Part shown: positions 45,501 to 57,500 of the stretch, piece by piece
Layout of the letters: each line of letters starts with the position of its first letter
Numbering within the stretch: position 1 is the first letter of the stretch
Source: Lytechinus pictus
Lineage: Eukaryota
Assembly: GCF_037042905.1 (NCBI RefSeq)
Contig: NC_087249.1
Span: 3,968,001 to 4,032,000, forward strand
Direction: 5' to 3'
Length of the DNA: 64,000 nucleotides
The notes under the pieces: model-generated
Seen by the model: the letters and a program-made list of their open reading frames with translations, nothing else
Databases searched by the model: none
Told to the model about the DNA's origin: nothing
Translations under genes and position numbers: made by a program

Positions 45501-48500
45501 AATTCTGTGCTTTGGCAGGGCCTCTAATGTCTCATCAAATCTCCACTGATACTGATCAATCAGAAGGTGTGGAAATGTAAACTGGAAATATACATGTAAA
45601 GTACATTTTTTCTCTTTTCAAATGCACACTTTCTCTAGGGAAATCTATGTCATTTATCTATGATTGCTACGCAGATTGATAAGTGAGACATGAGAGGCTC
45701 TTACATAAACATCCTAAAGTCAGGAGAAACTGGGGTAATCCAACTCCAAGCATTCAATCAGGGGGTTATTTTTTCTAGCATTTTGCGATAGTCAGGATAG
45801 CGTGATCGTTTATGATAGTTCAACAGTACGCATAATCTTCCATGACACAAAAAGATTGGTATCATAATTTTATAATCATTTCACTTGCAAAGCGTATTTC
45901 ATGATTTACTTTCAATGCTCACAATGTTCATGCCAAATCTATCAAGTTCTACAATTGGTAAAAAACTGAGATGTCATTTGAGGATGTTTTTCATTTTCAG
46001 TGACTTTAATTTTATACATGCTGACAGACAAATGGATCTTTCTTTTTATCATGACTGCCAATAATGCTATTAAACTGTAAGACATTATGAACCAGTGTAA
46101 TACATGTTTTCAATTTTTTTTTTCTCAATACCATTTTCTGTTTACCACAAAACATTGTCACATTAAACCAACAAGGCAAAATGCATTCTAACTACTTCTT
46201 CCTCCTGTGTATTTTCTTCGCTGGTGGGTGTGCGCAATTCTCTAATCGGATTCCAATATTATAAATGATACGCCCGCCCAACAAATTACTGCCAGACACG
46301 ATCAGCTAAGGGGAATCCCCAGGGTTTATTTGGTATTTCAGGCTTGTAAATTTCCTCTGCTCCATCTTCCATAACGATACATCAAAACTCTCAGGCGAAG
46401 CACATCAAAGTCAACAACTAGAATGTCAACCCTTTGAAGTTTGGTATTGCATGTAAATATGAAGCAGTTCAAATGTCCGCCCCTAAACCTGAGTACAATC
46501 AATTGTACACATACTGTACATGTAGATGTTTTGACAGAAACAAAAGACTTGTTCATACATTATACATGTATGTCCCAATTGACCTTTCATATCAACAATG
46601 GATATCTGATTAATTGACCTAGGCTCGAACTGTTGCATAACAACCAATAAAAACACACATCCTTGTCTCATATGCAAAGCCAATTTGAGCTCTCGCTTCT
46701 AAATAGTAAATGGCTGTAGGGCCGTCTGCACCAGCCCCAGTTTTCAAATAATCGCACTACAGGTATATCTGAGCCGGCAAATTATCCCGATCTGAACAAT
46801 CTTGAGATTATTTGTAATGGAGACACCATCATCGCGATAGTTCACCGGATTAATCTCAATATTGCAATCCTAAGTCAACTTTAATAGGATTATTTGCAAA
46901 ATAGTGCGTTATTTACGAATTATCCCTTATTTATTCACGGTGTCACACCATAATGCATTAATGCCTCACTCAAGCACGAATTGCTCTTCTTGGGCTGGTG
47001 GAGACAGGGTTACTTGAATCTTGAGATTAATCGCAAAGAGGGCCGATCAGGCTAAAATCTTGAGATTGAGCAAACTATGGCTATAGTGCAGCACCGCCTA
47101 ATGTGTGTCCAAAGGATGTAGTATCATTTCTTGCCTGAGCACGAAAGAGAAGAAGTGGTCTCTACTATATTGGAAGGAAATCAAAACACCTGATGCACAC
47201 TCATGATGAGAAGTTCATGATAAAATGCTTTTGACTGGTGGTGCAACAGCCATGAAAGGTCACTTGATAATTAAAGGTAAAGATACTGGAAAGTACAAAA
47301 GGTATGAGTAGATCATGTGACCCAGAAATCTCATTCTATTTTTGAGAGTCACCTTCCCTCCTCTTTCTATAGATTTCTATACATCTCTATCCATCTCTCT
47401 TTTATTCCTCTCTCTCTCTGCCTCCTTCTCTCTCTTTTCTTTCTGCCACTCACTTGTTCCCTTTCTCATCCTCTCATTCTTTAGCTCCGTCTACATGTAT
47501 GAATAACTGTGTGTCATAATTGAATCATCATCATCTCTGCATTTGGCAGTGACGTTACCTCAGGCATGACTAGTTCTATTCAAGGGCCTCACTCCTGCGA
47601 AGTGAAATTAGAAATTTAGGTGAAATGGAAATTGATAATCAAATTGGTCTCTTACTCAAAGGCAGAAAAACGAAATGGTTTTGGAATGTAGAGAGAGAGG
47701 GTATAAGAGTTTGGTATTATTTAAAGAGACCATATAGCCATGTGACAAATGTTACAGTCAAGTGTATACTCCAAAGGACAAAAAAGGCACAGTACATTGG
47801 ATCAGTACAGTACCTTTATATCATGACCTTGTGTACTTGGACTGAAAAAGGGGGTACTTTTCTCATACTATCATGAATATACATGTACATTATTTATTAA
47901 AAAAACCTTTAAATGCAAAATTTATGATAGTGCGCCATTTTCATGGAACATCATAAATCCTGAAGGCTTCAACAAATGCTTTTTGTACACATGTATGTAC
48001 TGTATGTACATGTAGCTCAGCAGGGCAACTCCATAAAATACCTTTTTGTACGTCCAACCCCATTTTTCTCATGTTTTACTTCACTTCATAAACTGACCCA
48101 AGTCATGGTCCTTTGAGAACATTATAGACTGTCAAAAGAACAAGAAATCAGAAACATAAATTTCTTAAAGGCCCTATATATAGGGGGTGGGATGTACCTA
48201 TTTTATGGAATTTCCTAGCAAAATAATAATGTTCAGTAGTAGTGTAGACTATATACATGTAGATGATCATGACATGTAGGTATGTACATGGATGAATGAA
48301 TGCTAATTATGGAACCCTGTTTGCTATTTTATACTGGCTGCTATGTCTGGCCATCCTCTGACAAATTTTACGGTTTTCAGTGACAATATATGTTTTATAC
48401 ATGTAGGGACCTATACATGTATGGGGAATAAAAGAAAATGTGTACATTATATACAGCATACTCAAGAAAAACAATAACTTGTGGAATTGGATAAATCTGA

Positions 48501-51500
48501 ATAAAGAGGCTGATTTTCACAACTACCGGTACCATGTTTACAGAATGTCAGAAATCTGTCTGAGTGTTTGCCATCCCACATCATTAGCTCATCAAATTCT
48601 TGTACGCACTTAACGGTTATTGGTAAATGGACTAAAAAAGGCAGAATTGACACTTGTAATAAGACCTTTTGAGTCACTTCACTCTGATGGATGACTTCAT
48701 CATGTGGTTCTGATACACAGTGGTATTCAACCACTGAAACTTGAACTGTTATTATTTATGAGCCTATCCATGTTTAGGGGATTTACAGGATCATATACAC
48801 CTAATCTGTTGATTCCTTGGACTCATCAGGTTCCAGTCCTGACACAGAAAACTCATGTCACAGTGGCAAAACTCTGTTTTGAAAAGTTATTCACCAACCA
48901 ATGGTATGCAACCAATTTCATTCCAAATTTAGAATCGTCAAATGTTTGCTGTCTCATATTAAAAAAACCCAGTTCACAATAGGTCGATTATGAATTGATA
49001 TGGTCTGCTCAAATATCACATCTAATGAATGGTCCTACTTTCAGATAAAAAACCATACACTGTACAAAGTCATTTTCAGAAGCCTTTTTTGTAGTGGTGA
49101 TTAAACATGTTTACAAATAATGTGTTTACAATGTACTTAGTACATATGACTCCAAGATTGGGAATAAATATGTACATCAATCAGATAAAACAAATATGTA
49201 CAGGTGCATGTGAGCATGCTACTAGTACTGTACATGTTCATATTTTCATTGTCATGTATATTGTACATGTAACATGAACATATTCATATTTCATATTTTC
49301 ATCATATAAGGACTAAATGGTTTCTGAAAATTTCCAATACTATACATGTATACAATACCCAAGATTTATTATTAAAAATACATGTATGTTTTGCATACAT
49401 TATGCATGTGAATACCAAATATTTTCTGAATTTGTTTGAGCATTTGCGTACACAATAAAAGCAATGAACCACTACACTGTACTCTCCATTGAATCTATGT
49501 ATACACAACATTTGTCAATGGAAATACTTTTCCCTAGTACTTCACAATCTAAGAGTTGTTTTCTAATTTTTCTTGTCCCAACAGCATGTTCCGCCCAGTT
49601 TGACTGGTTGATGAACTACAGACAACTCAACGCAGGAGCACCGCAAAGACAGACAGACTTTGGTTTCATGAAACCAAGTACCACTCCTAAACCTCTGGGT
49701 GCATTACCAAAGAAACGCAGAGATGGCACTGCCTTTGGATTAGGGGCCGCAAACGAATTCGCTGGGGGCAGCAGTAGCTACACGAACCAGGACACCGCTC
49801 CTGTTGATGCTGGCATAGGTGACACTTCTGGGGGCAACGCGCAAGGTAGCGACTGGGACATCAATGCAGCTGGCACTGACTACGGCGGAAACAGCAATGG
49901 TGGTGATTATGGTGGCACTGGTGGTGTCTCAGGAGGCAATGGTGGTGGATTTGGAGGAGGTAGCAATGGTGAAGGAGGCTCCTTTGCAGAAGGTGGCAAT
50001 CTTAACCCAGGTTATGATGACAGCATGCAGAACCTTGCTAATGCATCTGCTGGTAGCATTGCTGGTATTGTCATTGGTGTCATCATTCTATTGTGTGTCT
50101 TGGCTGGAGTGTCCTTCTTTGTCATGAGGCAAGTCCATCGAAAGGTGCAGGTGAATGCAACACGAGCATAATCATCTTTGAAAAACTTCAACTATAAGAC
50201 TGTATTAACGCTGCTATTAAAGTTATATTCAAAACATATTGACAATGGAATCTACAGTGTTTTTTTTTTCTTGATAAACTGAATGATAATTCCAATCTAA
50301 TGAATATCTAAATGTGTGAATGTCATTAAAACCAACCATGGAATTGTGGTGTCTATGAAAAATCAATCAGTGTCTACTTTAAATATTCTTCCAAAGTCAT
50401 GAGCAGAAATGTACACGTACATGAAATCTAGTTTGATTTTCAAGTCTTCAATCCCATCCCTCAAGTGATCTGTTTTCACTAAAGAGATACTAGTTTACTA
50501 TCTACTGTAGATTTCAATTACCTTTCAACAATCATTTGATTCATCAATTCTTTCTGAACTCCCTACTCCATTCATATATTTTTTCTGATTTCCCACCACC
50601 CACCCTCTCTCTGTCTCTGTCTTTCCTGCTGATCACACACACACACAATACTTTATTCCAGTGTCTCACTTTTGTTCTCCCTTTTCAATTTCTCATATCT
50701 TAAATTTTCATTGTAGTCCCGTAATAAAGTCTTTTGCATACCTCAAGATCTACTTTTTGCTTGATTAGCATTAATAATCTTCTTCCTGGTCATATATCCC
50801 AATATTTCAAGTGCTTTTCTACACTAGACATTTTGTTGTTACATTTTAAATGAATACATGCTCGTTAATGTCAATGCCAGTGAAATATAATGTTGTATCT
50901 TGTATAATAAACTGTGAAGTACAGTGTACATAACATATTCAATGGTCCACAGGTGTATGTTTCCTATGTCCAATGTAAAATTGGTTTCATACATGTATGG
51001 TAAGGCCCCCCGAAGTGTGTGAAGTCCCTGTTGTCTGCGCACACGCGTATCTGCGTGATTCTAGTAAGAAAATGTACCCAACAACCACAAACTTTACACA
51101 TGCAATACATAGAATGATATTCATTATAAAAAAAATCCAACTCCAAATGGTGGAAAATAATGAATTTTGGGGCATTTCATGTGACGGCCTCAAAATGCAG
51201 CCTTTCTCATCAAAATCCTGAATCATGTATGAATGGGTAATGTACAAAGACATGGGGGATCATTTTTTGTTAAATCTGAAAATGACTGGCCAAGGTTTTT
51301 TTTTTCAAGAAAATCATATATTTCTTTCAAATTTTTATGAGATTTTTGGTACACTTTAATACTCATAAGAATATATTAAAGGAACATTATCAACTGAAAA
51401 TTTTTCTGAAATAAACAGAAATTCATGTTAAAATATTCAATAGTTACACACGTATGTATGTGCACAGACATGGGGGCCCCTTCATAAAGTAGTGTACATG

Positions 51501-54500
51501 ATAGAAATAATAAATGATAGATGATGGTCAGGACTATATACATTGGATAATCATAGTCGGATATGTCTGTCAAATAGGACCCTCCTGGTGCCTGATACTC
51601 CACAACTTTATCAGACAACCATCCGGGTAAACTTTTATTTCCTGAACATTTAGTTTAATAAACCATCTTTGCTTTAATAGCCTGAAACTGCACTCTCATG
51701 TTACTTTACCTACATGTAATACTGGACTTATTCTTGTATGTCAAGGACCTAAATACAATGTTTTATCCAACAAAGTCTGTTTTTCTTGACAGTTGCTATA
51801 GTCAGATGAGTTTCTTAGCCAATCAAAACTGTCAGGACTGCCAGAAAACGAGAGCTTTTCATCAACATTTTTCATCTGACAACTTTCCTTGATTTTTAAT
51901 TGGCTGAGTAGCACAGTTCTTAAAGGTAACTGTCAGATTGGACACGTCAGATACATGTAACACATTGTACATACATGTACATGTACAAGGGCAGATGAGT
52001 CCTTAATGGAATGGTCAAGAAAAGAAAGCTACATGTATGACTGCATTCATTATCCATATATACTCACTATGCAGACAGTTTTCATGAGGGTCACAAAATA
52101 ATTGCTGATGATAATATTCTGCAATTGCTTCTCATTTGACCAACAATAGGTTTAATGCTTCTGCTTTGTTGGCAGAAACAAAGTTAAAAAATCCCCTTTA
52201 TAATATTACTTTATCAATGGTTAATAAATATCATAAATGAATTATTAAAAAACTTCTCGAACTTTTCAACATGGATAGCTCTTTCTACTTACATTTGAGT
52301 TCTTCTTTTGAGCAACTGGTGAAGGTTCAAATATATAGACCTGATTTGCATATGATGCAGCAATCTGCAATGAAAAACAAAATGGAAACAATATTATTTG
52401 GTTAAAGCAGGTTCAATAAATGTTAAATTGTTAGAGAAAGCATGTACACCCACTAGTACAATGCATGTTAAACAGGAGGTTCCATGACAATTATTCCACC
52501 CTAAATTACACACACTAATCGAATGACCAACTTCAACCCTGGGTTTACGTGTACCCAACCCTAAACCTAACCCTAAACCTAACATGAAACCCTATTGCAA
52601 CCCTAACCCTACATCATAGCAGAAATAGGCCAGAGCAATTGTTGCAGGAGCAAATGTCCCCAAACAGCATTATCTCCAAATTATAGTAACTATGTACAGT
52701 CGTCAGAGACATACATGTACTGTACATGTGCGATACCCACACTTTATAAAATAAAATCAAATCAAATTGGGAGACATGACATTTGCTCTGGCGACAATCG
52801 CTCCGAACGTTATTTCGTCTACATGTAGATATAGGGTAAGGGTTAGGGTTGCTATAGGGTTTTTATAGTGTAGGGTAAGGATAAGGTATAGTGTTAAATC
52901 CAGGTTTGATTCGTAATTTCATTAATGTGTGGAATCTGCAGCGGAGCAATTGTTGCCGGTGCGAATGTCCTGGAACCTCAAATTGACACTTTGATTGTAT
53001 ATTAAAGCAAAAATAACCTGGCAAATTTTTTTTTGTTATCCCCAGAAGCTATCGCGATATTTCCTACATATGTATTATTAATGTACAGTACTTCCATTTA
53101 ATTTCTGAAGTGTGCGATCAAAATACAGAACATTCTTGAAGTCATATAGTGGAAATACAATGTAGAAACTGACATGATATTTAACAGCTTTTTTTTTACC
53201 CAGTATGTCTTTGATTACACATGATCTACATGTACCAGATGCAACAAAACCGATTTATGTCTGTACTGCAGTACTTGTGTACATGTAGCATGGGGGGGGG
53301 GGGGGGGCTATAGTGTACATGTACATCAAAAGAACATAATTATATCTACAATGTATAATGTTGGCCCTACAGTGTACATGTACATGTACACCTGTAGTTA
53401 TAAAACATGTATCACCTACATGTACATGCACATGTGTTGGCCTACTGGTAAACACCCCCTTATTCTGATTTAAACATTTTCTTCAGTATTCCATTACATT
53501 TTTTATTCATTCCATTATTTTATTGTTCATGTGTAGAAAAATGTATTACAGATGTAAAAGTGTACCAGCAGATGCATATTACCCCCCCCCCCAAAAAAAA
53601 AAAGACTGCATGTACATTGTATGTACATGTACACAGATTTATAGCCAAGACCCCAATGTGAAATTCCATACATGTACACATAGTAGCCACGCTATTGAAG
53701 AGTACATACATGTAGACAGCCATACATGTATATGCCACGACCTACACTCTATCGGCACAAAGTGGGGGCACTATCTCCGTTCATTCATTCATTCGTTCAC
53801 TCATTCATTGATCAAGAGTATTCCGAAATGTGAAACCTACTGTACATTCCGAATTGTAAAACCTACTTTACAAGGGGGGAAATGCACATTCACAAGTATG
53901 TTGGTACCTGTACATGCATGCATGTGAGCACAAACCCTACAACATATTTTCCACTTGGAGCCACCTGTGTGTCTCAAGTACAGTCTTGGCATGCAGTGGG
54001 TTTTCTCTTTTCCTCTATTCAAGGGATGCTACGGGCTGAAAATATTAAATTCTTCATACATGTACATAGAGGAAAATTCACAGAGCACAATGCCAAAAAT
54101 TTCATTAAAAAAACAATTATGTCCAACAGTACAGTCAAGGTACACACATTCATGTACATGTACATAAAACTCTAGGATCCCCAAGGTTGTAAAACAGAAA
54201 TTTTGAAGAAAAAATGTGATCATATATATTTGGGCTGGCTACACTACTAAAGAGTGCCGTATCATGCAAAAACTGAAAGTACTGTATTTATAAAAAAGCT
54301 ATAAAATGCAAGTCTTGGAAGAATGTGTACACTCATATTTGATGAGTCCCACTTTCTGCATTAGGAGGCGCGATAGCTCAGTCGGTAGAGCGGGGGATTC
54401 GTATTCCGGTGACCCAGGTTCAATTCCCAGTTGGTGCGCTAGTGCCCTTTAGTAAGGCATTAATCCTCAATACCAGGTCCTTCGGAGCGGACCTTAAGCC

Positions 54501-57500
54501 GTCGGTCCTCTGGTTGCTTACTTACAAGCATTCATGCTTTCTTAATACCAATCAGGTAAAACAATCCCAATAAATCAATCAAAAAATTAAGCAGTTTATT
54601 TTGTTTTAGTCATCCTGAGCGGTTATCAAGCAAGAAGACTATTTGTAGCTCCTCGAGTAAAATGGGAGAACTATGTGGTTCATCATACTGGATCCTCAGT
54701 GGGTGATATTAAATTGGACATGGAGCTCATTCCATGCAATTATACCACGGTGGAGACAGAGTGTAGAATAATATTACCGGTAACCTCAAGAATATCATTC
54801 AAATCTGTTTCTCTCTTTCTTTCTCTATATGTAGATGTCTCTATCTTCTTGCGATTTCTTCTTTAGACGTACAGGTACATGTATCGTATTCTCCCCCTCT
54901 CTCTCTTCCTCTTTTTGATTTTTTTCTTCTTAGTCCTCTTCTTCTTTTGCTCCTTTCTCTCACCTTCTGTTTTATTTTAAATCTTCTTGTTGTTTTTCTT
55001 TCCCCCCTTCTTCTTCTTCTCACTCCCTTTTTTCTGTCTTCCTTTCTTTCGTTTTCTTCTACTCCTGCTCCTCCTTCCTCCTCCTTTTTTCTTCTTATTC
55101 TTATTTTCTCAAAAATTAAAATGTACATGTACATGTATTGTTTTTGTTAGAACTATATTCTTTGTCAATGCCCCTCCCCCCCTAGTGCTCTCTTTCTGGA
55201 GGTTTTCACTCCCTCTCTCCTTTCTTCTATTATGAAGAGGCCTATCTCTCAATATTCCCTCTTTCCACAATCAAATAACAAATGTGTCCATGAAAAGGCA
55301 GGCATTAAATGTCTGCAAACATTGTTCATGTTCCTCAAATTACCAAGCGCATCTTCTATTTGTAACCACAGTGTCTGGAGGACACCTCTTCAGAAAAAAA
55401 ACCTATGTACTTTTCTTTGCAATTTCACCATGTACTGTAGAATGAGATACTATCCTGTATAGATTTTAATTTAATCACATGTACATGTAATGTAATGTAC
55501 ATGCACCGTTCCTTCTGGTTTAAAAACATTTACTATGAAGGCTCATATTATCTGCTGCTGATGTGGACATACTGTACATGTACATGTACTATCATAAAGA
55601 TTTAAAATTGTGCATGGCATCATACTATGATTTTTTAGAAATCATTTATGTGTACATGTACAATGTATGTACATGTACATGTACATGTACATGTATGTAG
55701 TTATTTCATGATTATCTTTCATACATGTACATGTATAATGTACATGTTTACATACAGCATGCATGCACAACTTCATTTCTGACAAATTTTGACATACACT
55801 GTATGGTATGGTAGTTCTAAATTCTTACTTTATCTTTATCCAATCCCAACCATTATCTCTTTATTGGACATCTCTTGAAGAGTTTGATGTAAACAAATCC
55901 CCTGAGTGATATTCAACATTTAATACAAAGTATGTATAATAGTGTAGACCTGCCCTTCAAGGATCATTGATATTCATTGAAGACAATCATCGGTTTTAAT
56001 GAGAAGCTTTACCTGGTGATTTGGTTTATTTTTAGTCTCCATATTACAGTCTGAAAGAGTATCATCATAAACAGCACTACGTAATCACATAAATGATTAA
56101 TGCATCTTTCTTGTACCAGACAAGAATGCATTTTGTAAAGCACTCAGTATGACGAAAAGTACATCGTGGTACAATACATCAACAGGCCTACATGTATTTG
56201 GTTGATTACTGTTTATTAAAGGGGAATCCAACCCAAATAAAAACTTGTTTTTATACGGGAAAAGGAAAATCAGAGAAGTTGATAGGTGAAAGTTTGAACA
56301 ATATTGGACAAACAACAAGAAAGTTATGAATTTTCAAGAGTTGTAAATATTGGTAATCACTATACTCATGGAGGCTGTTCACACCGCAAGGGGGGACCGT
56401 GGGCAAACCGTGGATCGCGCTATCGTAGCGCGATCCACGGTCCGCCCATTGGCATTCGCCAGATTCACACCGCAGTGAGATAGCGCGGTCTATCGTAGCA
56501 CCCCCTTTTTTGAGAGGTCCTGTTGCCATGACGCGTGACGTCATGAGGTCAGAGCGGTCAAAGATTTCGCGCGCTATTACGAACCCGTACTAGTTAGTTG
56601 AGAGCTCGATATCGCCGTGCCTATTATGCTAGCCGGCCTACGTTTATTTCATGGCGTTGTATACATTGTGCATGTATTTCTAATTTGATTAATCTAGATT
56701 CTAGACTCTTGTATTTTAACTGTGTTTGTGGACATGATCCCGCGTGTAGAACGATGACTTCCGGCGTGCTATCGTAGCTCGGGTTCACACCGGCAGAGAT
56801 AGCGCGATCTAGCGCGCGCTAGATCGCGCTATCTCTCGTGGACCACCCCCAAGAGGTGCTCCAGTGGCACGCCGTTTTGGCTCGCCGTGGCTCGCTGTTG
56901 GGCGGACCGAAACGACGTTGTACCTTCCACACCGCAGAGATAGCGCGATCTAGCGCGCGCTAGATCGCGCTATCTCTGCCGGTCTGAACAGGCTCATGGA
57001 GACTTCAAATTGGCCGCATATGGGATGTCATAGTGATGTAAGGCAAGGACAACTCTTTCATGTACTCCAATACATATTTTGGCTAAAATGTCATTTTTCA
57101 CAAAAGTTTTATTTCAAATTATATTTTTCTTTCATAAAACAATATACTACCTGGGTTATATTTAGATTACTTCCCCAGGGGAATGGGTACTAGAAAACCA
57201 CAAATTCCTGATAATAAAGTACATGGCCTATGGGAAAGTTGTCCTTGCCCCTTGTCATAATTTACTTACCCAGTTGCCAATTTGAAATCTACATAGTATT
57301 AGTGATCTCAATTTTAAAGCAGCTATAACTTTCTTATTGATTTTCCGATTTCTTTCAAACTTTCACCATTCTGTTTAGTTTATTTTCCTCCTTCCCAACA
57401 CAACATTTTATGGCCAAGGCTGTATTCCCCTTTAAGTGTTAAATGCAGAATTCTCTACTTCCTAATCCCATAGACTTTACAAAGGGAACACTTGTTTCTC

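Noticed and set aside
49464-49584. ORF-track start of the 235-aa ORF (MNHYTVLS...)
   Set aside because: The first 40 codons are AT-rich intron ending in a polypyrimidine tract and CAG; the upstream signal-peptide exon explains the N-terminus better
56013-56050. 38-nt AG/GT-bounded segment on the minus strand
   Set aside because: It would frameshift DMXL, and the flanking exons join directly into conserved sequence (ENGK|IAASY)
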